Assembly (NCBI GenBank): GCA_963768655.1
Contig: CAVYIM010000003.1
Span: 608,001-672,000 of the forward strand
DNA from: an uncultured Chloroflexia bacterium
GTDB lineage: Bacteria; Chloroflexota; Limnocylindria; Limnocylindrales; CSP1-4
Direction: 5' to 3'
Length of the DNA: 64,000 nucleotides
Both the position numbers and the translations under genes were made by a program. Of this stretch, positions 9,701-20,374 are shown piece after piece. How positions within the stretch are numbered: position 1 is the first letter of the stretch; every line of letters begins with the position of its first letter. The notes below the pieces were generated by a model that ran no database searches, was not told the DNA's origin, and saw only the letters and a list, made by a program, of their open reading frames with translations.

Positions 9701-10198
9701 CGAGTACGCCTCGGTGGCGCGGACTCCTCGGACGCGATCTCCCTGCTCGAGCCCGGCGACGCCGTGGAGGTCACGGGCATCGTTTCGCGTGACGCCGATG
9801 GCTGGCTGGTCGAGGTCGATCCGGATCGGATCGTGACCCTCGCCGGCCAGGCCTCGGGCGGGGCCGCCTCGTCCAGCGCTCCGCCGGCCGGAGCCTCTCC
9901 TTCCGTCGAGTCGGCGTCCGGCAATCCTGCGTCGGCGTGCGAGACGCCGGCGGCCCGGGGCCAGGCCCACGGGCTGGCCCTTCCCGCCGGCGGCGGGCCT
10001 GGCTCAGATCCGACACAGATCGTCGCCCTCGTGGGCGGTGGCCTGGCGTTGCTCGCTCTCCTGGTTCTCCTCGGGCTCACGGTCGCCCGAGCGGCCCGAG
10101 AGCGCCGGCTGCACCGTCCCGGGCGGCCCCGGCGCTCCCGCGGCGGCAGCCCAGAGGCACAAGCCGTCGACCCAAGTGACGGCGCAAACGCCCGATGA
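6701..10198 (+). CDS. Secreted, membrane-anchored lamin-tail-domain protein with multiple OB-fold-like repeats
   Basis: Signal peptide; LTD-like motifs (LVLAEV...DEYVEIYN, IDAVSWG, SLERR, DTNDNASDW); Pro/Ser/Thr linkers; repeated VxGVVT...DxSGGI/DDGTG OB-like units; C-terminal TM and Arg-rich tail; GAGGTG SD. Confidence 0.8.
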   Translation: MSAPRGVAVVLVSLLVPLAAVSAAVSPGYAEASVAWPVSTGLVLAEVVTGGASASDEYVEIYNAAAVATDLGGCELIYVTASGATTTRKAAFDPPLMLAPGAHLLVANSAGAYGPLADATYTGGLSGDGGSLALRHVGGAVIDAVSWGTASNAYVEGAVAPAPPARSSLERRPGGAAGNWEDTNDNASDWMVQSNPIPQSLASTPVPAPSSSPPDETATATPLSPPPSGETSEQPSSEPTFEPTAQPTAGPTAGPSASPAASASPNATATLGPTAAPTPTPAAPTAPAIDPESVAAARSGAIGSLVHVSGVVTVTPGLVGADNLFAIADSSGGIFVRLAAPVDGVEIGRSIDLVGVLAAPYGQLEVRELEWLELGVTDAAPKPIAATLPEIGEGLEGSLVTLAGTIDSVSLDSGRLVLTMGDKQTELRVLADPPSGIVKADVTRGEQVTLTGIVGQRATALGREDGYRLWLRMRADLQEVVPASPSPTAASSTAGPSASPAASASPNATATLGPTAAPTPTPAAPTAPAIDPESVAAARSGAIGSLVHVSGVVTVTPGLVGADNLFAIADSSGGIFVRLAAPVDGVEIGRSIDLVGVLAAPYGQLEVRELEWLELGVTDAAPKPIAATLPEIGEGLEGSLVTLAGTIDSVSLDSGRLVLTMGDKQTELRVLADPPSGIVKADVTRGEQVTLTGIVGQRATALGREDGYRLWLRMRADLQEVVPASPSPTAASSTAGPSASPAASASPAVYHDLASGLAARGRIVDVDATVTAAAGLIDWGGPTIVVDDGTAAVAVVLPDGVAGPRVGAGVHIVGKTGSLHSGPRVVATLVEGQGEGVAVRPRQISGALGPSLEWQLGEVCGRVQRLTRAGSRWRADLAVDGQIVAVLGEPGAGIDPAGIVAGRLALATGIVRRSTSDPSVFQLLPRSGADLTLGPAPTASGQSAGPAGPASASRSPDDSFATEALTTIAQIPGREGETVTLAGLIVDTGPTTATLDDGTGRVRLGGADSSDAISLLEPGDAVEVTGIVSRDADGWLVEVDPDRIVTLAGQASGGAASSSAPPAGASPSVESASGNPASACETPAARGQAHGLALPAGGGPGSDPTQIVALVGGGLALLALLVLLGLTVARAARERRLHRPGRPRRSRGGSPEAQAVDPSDGANAR
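7454..8941 (+). repeat. Apparently perfect 723-bp (241 aa) in-frame tandem duplication plus 42-bp third partial copy
   Basis: ACGGCCGGACCCTCCGCCAGCCCG starts at 7454, 8177 and 8900; the translated copies are identical. Confidence 0.95.
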
Positions 10199-10245
10199 GC
10201 GGCCTCACAACGTGAGATCGCCCCGTGCCACCGACAATGGCGCGC

Positions 10246-10275
10246 TTGACGCTCAAGTTTGGCGCCGTCTATGCT
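10246..10275 (+). promoter_or_regulatory. Sigma70-type promoter
   Basis: TTGACG (10246-10251), 18-nt spacer, TATGCT (10270-10275). Confidence 0.65.
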
Positions 10276-10281
10276 CCGTTG

Positions 10282-10565
10282 AGGTGCCCAGCGTTGCGCA
10301 CCAGGAACGGTGGAAGAGGTATTGCCGAACGCGGTCAAGCGCGTGCCCCACAATGGAGCCCGGCAGCACCACAACGAACTCGGCCCCGGCAGGTCGGTCG
10401 GGGTTTCCGTCCCCACCGCATCGTTGCGGAGTTCTCAGGGTTGCGGGTTCAGCCGCCAGCGGCTGGTAGAACCGCCATCGGTTGTGCTCGATGTTCTCGT
10501 ACCGCCGTCCTCAGGCGGCCCTGCCTGAGGCGCTAGCGCAAGACCAGGGGCGCCGGCGCCCCGTT
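10282..10565 (+). ncRNA. Candidate large structured leader or ncRNA upstream of the DUF5679 gene
   Basis: Nested long-range helices found by eye (10303-10313/10502-10511; 10323-10327/10361-10365; 10370-10375/10481-10486; 10376-10381/10429-10434). G-U pairs favour the + strand. No family recognised. Confidence 0.45.
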
Positions 10566-10594
10566 TGGCTACACACATCGGGAGGCTGAACGAC

Positions 10595-10735
10595 ATGGCA
10601 GAGGGATACTGCGTCAAGGACAAGAAGATGGTCGAGATCAAGGACCCGCACAAGATCACCATGAAGAACGGGAAGCCCGCTACTCAGGGCACTTGCCCCA
10701 CCTGCGGCGGGAAAGTGACCCGTATCGGAGCCTGA
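10595..10735 (+). CDS. DUF5679-like small basic zinc-ribbon protein (46 aa, absent from ORF track)
   Basis: MAEGYCVKDKKMVEIKDPHKITMKNGKPATQGTCPTCGGKVTRIGA; GGAGG SD; followed by a terminator-like hairpin. Confidence 0.85.
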   Translation: MAEGYCVKDKKMVEIKDPHKITMKNGKPATQGTCPTCGGKVTRIGA

Positions 10736-10755
10736 CCGCTCCGTCGGTCGGTTCT

Positions 10756-10787
10756 GCAGCGACCCCCGCTACACCGGGGGTCGCTGC
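10756..10787 (+). terminator. Terminator-like hairpin
   Basis: GCAGCGACCCCCG / CGGGGGTCGCTGC 13-bp stem right after the DUF5679 stop. Confidence 0.65.
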
Positions 10788-10964
10788 CTGTCCGGGGCAC
10801 GACCGGGCGGATTGAACAAGCGGCCTCCGAGAGCATGATTGGCGTCACGCCGGGCTCGGTCGGAGCAGACGCTCGTTATGGGCCAACCGGCCCGCTTGGG
10901 CCGTGAATCCGCTTTGCTAGAATTGGCGAGCATCCCACCAATTCCCAACCGGTGAGGTTCTCCT

Positions 10965-11993
10965 CTGTCAGCACGGCCTGTCCTCGCGCTCGACGTCGGC
11001 GGCACGCAGATACGCGCGGCCGTCGTGATGGAAGATGGAACGCGGATCAATCGCGCCCAGGGCCAGACGCCCGTGGCGGACGGACCCGCGGCGATCCTGC
11101 GTGGCTGCGTCGCGGCCTTGACGGAAGCTCGCGACGGCGCACCGCCCGATATCCGCGAGGCGATCGTCGGCGTCGGGATCTCCAGCCCCGGCCCCGTCGA
11201 TCCGTGGCGCGGCATGGTCCTGCAGACGCCCAACATGGGCCCCGGCTTCAACGACGTGCCGATCGCCGCCAGCGTCGGCCGCGCACTGGGCCTTCCCGCC
11301 TTCCTCGATCGCGACGCGAACGTGGCGGCTCTCGGCGAGATGGCGTTCGGGGCAGCCCGCGATTGCTCCGACTTCATCTACCTGACCGTCTCGACTGGCG
11401 TCGGCGGGTCGATCGTGTCGGAGGGGCGAATCTTCCACGGTCCGGACGGAACCGCGGGCGAACTGGGCCACACGCCTGTCGCCATGGACGGGCTCTGCGG
11501 ATGCGGCGCGGTCGGGCATCTGGAGGCCTTTCTGGGCGGGGCGGCCATGGCCCGCACGGCGCGCCAGGCCGTTGTCGAAGGCCGCAGCCCCTACCTCACC
11601 GCCATCGCGGAGGAGGAGGGCATCGACGCCATCGATGCCAGGGACATCGCCGAGGGCGAGGACAGCGGCGACGAGACCTGCCACGCGATCCTGGAGCGAG
11701 GTCGCCGCGCCTTCGCCGTGGCCTGCGTCGGGTTCGTCGACGCGCTGAATCCGACCCGGATAGTGGTCGGAGGCTCCATCTCGGATGCCCAGGGCGCCCG
11801 GCTGCTCTACCCTGCCCGGGCCGAAGTAGCCGCGACCGCCTTCAAGATGCCCCGCAGCCGGGTCCAGATCGTCCAGGCCGAGCTCGGCGCGGACGTGGGC
11901 CTGGCCGGTTGTCACCCACTCGTGATCGCGCGCCTCGGCGACCCTGCCTGGCGCGGCGGTCGGCCAACGTCCACCTCCGCGCAGAACGGTTGA
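10965..11993 (+). CDS. ROK family sugar kinase (glucokinase-like), probable CTG start
   Basis: LALDVGGT, GISSPGP, DANVAALGE, STGVGG and GELGH...CGCG motifs. The ATP-binding motif lies upstream of the first ATG/GTG and an in-frame TGA sits at 10953. Confidence 0.85.
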   Translation: MSARPVLALDVGGTQIRAAVVMEDGTRINRAQGQTPVADGPAAILRGCVAALTEARDGAPPDIREAIVGVGISSPGPVDPWRGMVLQTPNMGPGFNDVPIAASVGRALGLPAFLDRDANVAALGEMAFGAARDCSDFIYLTVSTGVGGSIVSEGRIFHGPDGTAGELGHTPVAMDGLCGCGAVGHLEAFLGGAAMARTARQAVVEGRSPYLTAIAEEEGIDAIDARDIAEGEDSGDETCHAILERGRRAFAVACVGFVDALNPTRIVVGGSISDAQGARLLYPARAEVAATAFKMPRSRVQIVQAELGADVGLAGCHPLVIARLGDPAWRGGRPTSTSAQNG

Positions 11994-12026
11994 TCCGAGC
12001 GCGGCATCACTCCTGGAGGATCAGAC

Positions 12027-13040
12027 ATGGCAGTTCGCGTCGGCATCAACGGTTTCGGTCGCATCGGCCGGCAGTCGCTGAAGGCCATCATCGAGCGGGC
12101 CCCCGGGCTCGAGGTCGTGGCCGTCAACGACATCGTGGACGTCCCGACCAACGCACTCCTCTTCGCCCACGACTCCACCTACGGCAACTTCCACGGCACG
12201 GTCTCGCACACCGAGGATTCGATCGTCGTCAACGGTAAGAAGATCCAGGTCCTCCAGATCAAGGATCCGGCCACCCTGCCGTGGAAGGACCTCGGAGTCG
12301 ACATCGTCATCGAGTCCACCGGCATCTTCACCGACGCCGAGAAGGCCCGCGCCCACATCACTGCCGGCGCAAAGAAGGTCCTCATCAGCGCCCCGGCCAA
12401 GAACGAGGACATCACCATCGTTCTGGGCGTCAACGAAGGCCTATACGACCCCTCCAAGCACGTGATCATCAGCAACGCCAGCTGCACGACCAACTGCCTG
12501 GCGCCCTTCGCGAAGGTCCTCAACGACAGCTTCGGGATCGAGAAGGGCGTGATGAACACGATCCACAGCTACACCAACGACCAGCGCATCCTGGACGTTG
12601 CCCACAAGGACCCGCGCCGCGCCCGCTCGGCCGGCCTGAACATGATCCCGACGACCACCGGCGCCGCCAAGGCGCTCGCGCTCGTCATCCCCGAGCTCAA
12701 GGGCAAGGTCGACGGCTTCAGCCTGCGCGTTCCGACCCCGACCGTGAGCATCGTCGACTTTGCGGTCATCCTCCGCGACGAGACCACTGCCGCCGGAATC
12801 AACGACGCCTTCCGCGCCGCCGCCGCCGGCTCTCTCAAGGGCATCCTGGGCGTCTCCGAAGAGCCGCTCGTCTCGATGGACTTCAAGGGCGACTCCCGCT
12901 CTTCGATCGTCGACTCGGCCCTGACCATGGTCATCGGCGGGACCGGCAAGTTCGCCAAGGTCCTGTCCTGGTACGACAACGAGTGGGGCTACAGCTGCCG
13001 CGTTGCCGACCTGACCAAGTTCATCGCCGATCGCCTCTAA
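12027..13040 (+). CDS. gap: Type I glyceraldehyde-3-phosphate dehydrogenase
   Basis: [31 protein letters not shown]. Confidence 0.98.
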   Translation: MAVRVGINGFGRIGRQSLKAIIERAPGLEVVAVNDIVDVPTNALLFAHDSTYGNFHGTVSHTEDSIVVNGKKIQVLQIKDPATLPWKDLGVDIVIESTGIFTDAEKARAHITAGAKKVLISAPAKNEDITIVLGVNEGLYDPSKHVIISNASCTTNCLAPFAKVLNDSFGIEKGVMNTIHSYTNDQRILDVAHKDPRRARSAGLNMIPTTTGAAKALALVIPELKGKVDGFSLRVPTPTVSIVDFAVILRDETTAAGINDAFRAAAAGSLKGILGVSEEPLVSMDFKGDSRSSIVDSALTMVIGGTGKFAKVLSWYDNEWGYSCRVADLTKFIADRL

Positions 13041-13118
13041 CCAGCGCCAAGTGTCGGATCGGGGCGGTCGGAGAGGCCGCCCGTCCCGATCCACGGCCAA
13101 GCCAGACCCGAGGTCACG

Positions 13119-15637
<2,519 letters not shown>

Positions 15638-15656
15638 CTCGACCTTCGTCAGTTCC

Positions 15657-15682
15657 GCGGGCCGGCCTTCGGGCCGGCTCGC
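15657..15682 (+). terminator. Hairpin with C(UUCG)G tetraloop after eno
   Basis: GCGGGCCGGCC-TTCG-GGCCGGCTCGC. Confidence 0.6.
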
Positions 15683-15791
15683 TGATTCCGGGCGGTCCAC
15701 GCGCCTCTGGCGCTGGGGGAGTGGCTTGGGGCGGCTCGGACGGGCGAGAGGATGAACTCGACGCAGTGCGGCTCGATGGTGCGCGCCTGGG

Positions 15792-16835
15792 TCAGATGAT
15801 TTCTTCCGGTGCGCGCGAGCGGAGCACGATGCGTGTTAGCGGTATGCGGATCTCGCTGAAGACCTCGATCGAGACGAGGAAACCGGCGAAGAGGAATACG
15901 ACCCCGAGCAGCTCGCCGACGAAGAAGCCGCTGGTGTTGCCGAACCTGTTCAGGCCGCTGGTGATGGACGGGATCAGGCCGCCGATAGCTATCAGCAGCG
16001 TGGCCGGGACGCGGCTGTTGAGGCGTCCGGTCAGCAGCGCCGCCACGGCGCCTGGCACGGAGACGGCGAGGTTCAGGACGATCGCGAACGGTGCCACTAC
16101 CAGGTTGCCGATGTAGTGCGTCGGCGATTGGTTACGGACCAATGAGTAACGGATGAGCCTGCGTTTGGGCATGAAGATGTAGGTGCTGTAGATGCCGCCG
16201 AGGATCAGGGCGAAGGCACCAGTGATGTTGAAGAAGGGCGTCAGCAGTCGCAGGTAGCCCGGGAACAGGTCGCCCGTCGGGATGTGGCTGACGGGGTCGA
16301 CGACCCAGCCGGGGGATGGGAGCGACACCAGGGCCATCATTACCGCCGAAACGAGGGTGCCCGCGACCATCGCTGCCGCAGCCAGGAGCGGCCACTTCGA
16401 GCCGCGGCGATACGTGTCGATGCAGATCGCCGCCGCCAGCACCGCCGCAATCGCGAAGTAAAGGATCGGGGCTGGGCCACTGTCGGCGTATTGGTACTTC
16501 GCCTGGGTCAGCGCGGTGAACAGCCCGGCGAGGAAGAGCGAGCCGGCAAAGGCGTAGCCGAAGCGCGTCTTGCCGAGCAGCAGCACGGTACCGAGCCCGA
16601 GCCAACCAGCCACCCAGATGGCACCTATCAGGTACCACGCTCGATACAGCGGCTCGGACCAGCCGAAGGCTCCCCCGAGGAACTCCGTGCCGGCGGAGAG
16701 CCCGTACCAGAGCATGCCGATGGCCCAGACGGCCTGGTACGAGCGCCGCCGTTCGCGCCACTGGCCGAACAGGAGCGCGCAGAAGACGAGGCTGAGCAGC
16801 GACGAGCAGAACGGCAGCACCACGTTGAAGTCCAC
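15792..16835 (-). CDS. Polytopic membrane protein of unknown function
   Basis: GTG 16835 with GGAGG SD (MDFNVVLPF...); about 10 hydrophobic segments. Confidence 0.8.
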   Translation of the reverse strand: MDFNVVLPFCSSLLSLVFCALLFGQWRERRRSYQAVWAIGMLWYGLSAGTEFLGGAFGWSEPLYRAWYLIGAIWVAGWLGLGTVLLLGKTRFGYAFAGSLFLAGLFTALTQAKYQYADSGPAPILYFAIAAVLAAAICIDTYRRGSKWPLLAAAAMVAGTLVSAVMMALVSLPSPGWVVDPVSHIPTGDLFPGYLRLLTPFFNITGAFALILGGIYSTYIFMPKRRLIRYSLVRNQSPTHYIGNLVVAPFAIVLNLAVSVPGAVAALLTGRLNSRVPATLLIAIGGLIPSITSGLNRFGNTSGFFVGELLGVVFLFAGFLVSIEVFSEIRIPLTRIVLRSRAPEEII

Positions 16836-17218
16836 GAACGCTCCTCCCCGATTGACGCACCCCCCTTTGGCCCTCCAAGGGTACACGTCCTGGTTTCGTT
16901 GGCGGCCGAGGCCCGGGGCAGTCGCCGGTCATCGTTGGCGTCTCGCCTTCGATCTGGCCGCTCGCACTCTCCAAACAGGCGCGTAGAGGCGAGACCATGA
17001 CCGGCGCCCAGTGGGGTATTGCCAACAGCCTTGGCCAGCAGCGCTTGGGACGCCACGCTCGCCCACCACGCCGTGCCGCTACCTGGGCATCCGCTGCCAG
17101 CTTCTAGCCGGATGCGATAGCCGATCTACAATCGCGGCGTGCGAGTGGGAGGGACGCAGGTGGCGATTGGCAGTCGTTCTTCCCGTGCTGATCTTCCTTG
17201 GAACTGCCGGGGTTGATT

Positions 17219-17503
17219 TCACAGCCGTGGCTTGCGTGCTGGCGTCCGTGCTGGCGGCTCGATGTCGCCCTCGCGGGCGTCCAATAGACCGAGCGCGACT
17301 CGGAGGGCTGTGGTCTTGCCAGAGCCGTTGGGGCCGATCAGCCCCACAACCTCGCCAGAGTGGACCTCGAAACTGAGGTCGGTCAGGCCGAATGATCCCC
17401 GTCCATAGTCGAAGTCGACGTGGCTAAGCGACAACAGTGGTGGGTCCGCCCCTCCTGCTGGCGCCGCCGACCCGGGGCGAGCCGCAACGCGCGTGGTTGA
17501 CAA
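17219..17503 (-). pseudogene. Truncated ABC transporter ATP-binding subunit (FepC/BtuD-like N-terminus)
   Basis: [16 protein letters not shown] Walker A; stops about 27 aa later with no signature or Walker B motif; strong GAGGAGG SD. Confidence 0.75.
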
Positions 17504-17865
17504 ATCGACCTCCTCTCGACGTTCGCACGAGAAACCCTCCTACGCTCGTGTCAGCCGGGACAGTCCCCGCGGCGTCCGCTAGTGATCAAGTTCCGACGGC
17601 TCCAGTCCCGCTCGGGTGCCGTCCACCGGAGCCATCATGGGGACTGTATCGGCGCGGTCTTCTCCCGCTCACTTGCTCTTCCCATGATCGGCAAACGAGT
17701 CAGCTGTACGAATTGCGGGTCCCATCCTGAATAGGCATCCCCCGTTCCCTCTCGGCGTCGCCCCTCTGTCGGCGACCGGATTGGACCGTCCAGCCCTCGG
17801 GAGCGGTCAACTGACAATTGGTGGGGCAGTGCATCCTGCCGTCAATGGGCAACGTCGTGTAGCCG

Positions 17866-18285
17866 ATGACTAATCTGCGGGTCACTCGGTCGGAGCGACG
17901 GGCACACGACCGACCCGATCACCGGCGAGGCGACCCTCTCGTCCTTGGTTCGGGCAGCGTCAGCCTCTCCTTCGACGCTCGTGGCCCGATCGGCCCTCGA
18001 AGAGGTCGCGGCAGCCGCCACATGGACTGGGTCTCGCTCCAGACTCCGACGTGCTGCCGCCACCTGGGTGCCGACAAGCCGATCACCTCGTCGCTCGAGG
18101 AATCCGTCGCCTGGTTGTCCGACGACCCGAACGCCGCCTTCGACAGCTCGTGAGGCCATGACCCTCTGATCCACCTGCCGGCCGGCGACTGGACGATCAC
18201 CGCCGTCACCGAAGTCGGCTTCGGGTCCGACTCCGGGATGGACCGCAACCTGGAGGTAACCGTCGATGTGCACGTGGCGGCCTGA
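17866..18285 (+). pseudogene. Remnant of a secreted-type protein gene with in-frame TGA at 18151
   Basis: The frame continues protein-like after the TGA: FDSS*GHDPLIHLPAGDWTITAVTEVGF...VTVDVHVAA*; the 5' part looks degraded. Confidence 0.5.
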
Positions 18286-18476
18286 GCCCCGGATCGGATC
18301 TCCGCAGCTGGGTTCAAGCGCTGGGCATGTTGGCGTGTCCTGGTCCGAGCTGGCGCTGTCGCATCCGGTCCGTTGAGAGGATTCGAGGCCGCAACGGCTG
18401 ACGACCCGTAGAATCCGAGCGTCGTCCCGGCGGCATAAGGTTTGAAGGCAGCCGGCGACCGCCGCAGGTTGGGCAT

Positions 18477-19442
18477 ATGGCCAGACGGCTCGAGGGCGTG
18501 CGGACCCTGTTCGCGTCGATCGTGGTTTCGGTTGTCGTGGCGGCTTGCGGCTTCGTCCCCGGCAGTGGCGCCGGGCCCGTCGCCACCCCGACGCCGGTAG
18601 CGGTCGTGCCGAGCATGTCGGTCATCATGGGCTCGGAGAACCTCCCTGCTCAGGTCGACGGTGAGCGCGTCTATCGCGTCACCGAACAAGCCGAGTGGGA
18701 GCAACTGAGCGGCAGCTTCCTGCTGGCCGCTACGCCCGCCTTTCCGACTGCGCCCTGCGCCGGCGGGCTCATCGCCAGCGGCAACTCCGCAGCCTACGAT
18801 CTCATCGGGACCTATTGCAGTTCGCCGGCTCTGACCAGCCTGGTATACGCCGCGCCCAAGAGCCCGGCGCTCGGGTCGGTGTGGGACTGGCTCAACCACG
18901 CCGCCGTATTCCAGGTCCACACCCACGACAGCGAGGCCGCCGAGTGCGGCGCCCTCCTGGACGAGTGCGAAGCCGCAGTCGTCGTCGACGCACTCGTCTG
19001 GCCGATCGTGCCGACTGAGATCGACGGCGAGCACGTCTATGGCGGGAGCGACTACTTCAGCTTGAACAGCGCCGGTAGTCAGTCCGGCAGCTTCCTGCTC
19101 GGTGGCGTCGTCTCGGTCGAGTCAGCCGAATCAACTGGCGTGACGACCGCCTGCTCCAGCGCTCCCGCCGAGAGGAGACTGGTCGCGAGTTGCGGCGGCT
19201 CGACCTGGTTCGCAATCGCGGGCGAGGGCGTCGCGCCAAAGAGCGACTTCCATGCCGTCGACGGCCAGGTCGTCGTCGTCCGCGCTCACCTCGACGATGC
19301 CGAGGCAGTCGACTGCTCGGAGGACATGATGGCTTCGTGCGAGTATGCGATGGTGGTCGAAGCGGTGGTCTGGACGTCGAACCCGTACGCGCCGGCCACG
19401 CCGGCTCCGCCCGTACAAACCACGACCCCGAGCGCAACTTAG
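18477..19442 (+). CDS. Cys-rich lipoprotein with two internal homologous domains
   Basis: Lipobox VVAAC; repeated P.(Q/E)(V/I)DGE.VY...GSFLL...H..D.EA..C...CE.A.VV.A.VW. Confidence 0.75.
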   Translation: MARRLEGVRTLFASIVVSVVVAACGFVPGSGAGPVATPTPVAVVPSMSVIMGSENLPAQVDGERVYRVTEQAEWEQLSGSFLLAATPAFPTAPCAGGLIASGNSAAYDLIGTYCSSPALTSLVYAAPKSPALGSVWDWLNHAAVFQVHTHDSEAAECGALLDECEAAVVVDALVWPIVPTEIDGEHVYGGSDYFSLNSAGSQSGSFLLGGVVSVESAESTGVTTACSSAPAERRLVASCGGSTWFAIAGEGVAPKSDFHAVDGQVVVVRAHLDDAEAVDCSEDMMASCEYAMVVEAVVWTSNPYAPATPAPPVQTTTPSAT

Positions 19443-19579
19443 GCGTCGAGCCCGAATCGAATGGCGGGTGGCCATGGAGCGCCAGGACAAGGGCGCAGGC
19501 TCACCGACGCCCAGGGCGACGTTCGCGCCCGCAGGTATTCAGAAGGCTTGTCTCTGACTCTTCTCAGCAGGAGGAAACG

Positions 19580-20301
19580 ATGTCAGACATCCTGGCCCTC
19601 ATCCGGGAGAGGCGATCCGTCCGAGGTCCCTTCGATCCCGAGCGCCCCGTGTCGATGCCGGACCTGGAGCAGATCCTGGAAGCGGCCCGTTGGTCGCCCA
19701 CCGCTCACAACATGCAGAACTTCGAGATCCTGGTCGTCGATGCCAGGGAGGTGCTGGCCGGACTGGGGGACATCAGCTCGCCGGTCTCGGAGATCTTCAT
19801 CCGGGAGAACTACGCTCAGCTTGCCTTCTCGGAGGAAGAGCTGCGGCGGAGGAAGGTCGGCATCCTTGGCGCGATGTTCCCCGCAGCCTGGAGGACTCCC
19901 GGGGCCGATTTCGAACAGGTTGCCCGTGAGAGTGCGCCCTCGTTCCTGAGAGACACGATCAAGGACAGCCCCACAGTCCTGATCGTGACCTACGATCCCC
20001 GAAAACGAGCCCCTGCCTCGGAAGGCGACGTCCTCGGGTTCATCAGCCTGGGCTGCGTCATGGAGAACATGTGGCTCGTGGCCCAGTCTCTGGGCATAGG
20101 CTGTCAGATCATGAGCGTCTTCAGCGGAGACGCCGTCGAGGAGCAGGTCAAGCAGATCCTCGCCATCCCCGAGTACATGAAGATCGCCTTCGCGGCCCGC
20201 CTGGGCTACCCTGCGGCTCGGCTTTCAAGAATGTGACGGTGCGTCGCGACGTGAAGGACTTCGCGCACCGAAATCGGTTCGGTATCAAGCTAACCGACTG
20301 A
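19580..20301 (+). CDS. Nitroreductase family protein, probable frameshift near the C-terminus (in-frame stop 20236)
   Basis: IRERRSVR, AARWSPTAHNMQ, ENMWLVAQSLGIG, LGYP; AGGAGG SD. A plausible tail VTVRRDVKDFAHRNRFG lies in another frame ending at 20301. Confidence 0.85.
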
Positions 20302-20374
20302 TACGCGCCGTGGCGCGGACCGCGGGCGCCGCACGCCGCGGGGAACCGCCCTCCGCGGGAACCGCCCCGCAGCC

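Noticed and set aside
10923-10955. Selenocysteine or readthrough at TGA 10953 (and at TGA 18151)
   Set aside because: The upstream TTG overlaps the -10 box, the position is not catalytic, and no SECIS-like hairpin was recognised; 18151 is better explained as a TGG-to-TGA nonsense change.
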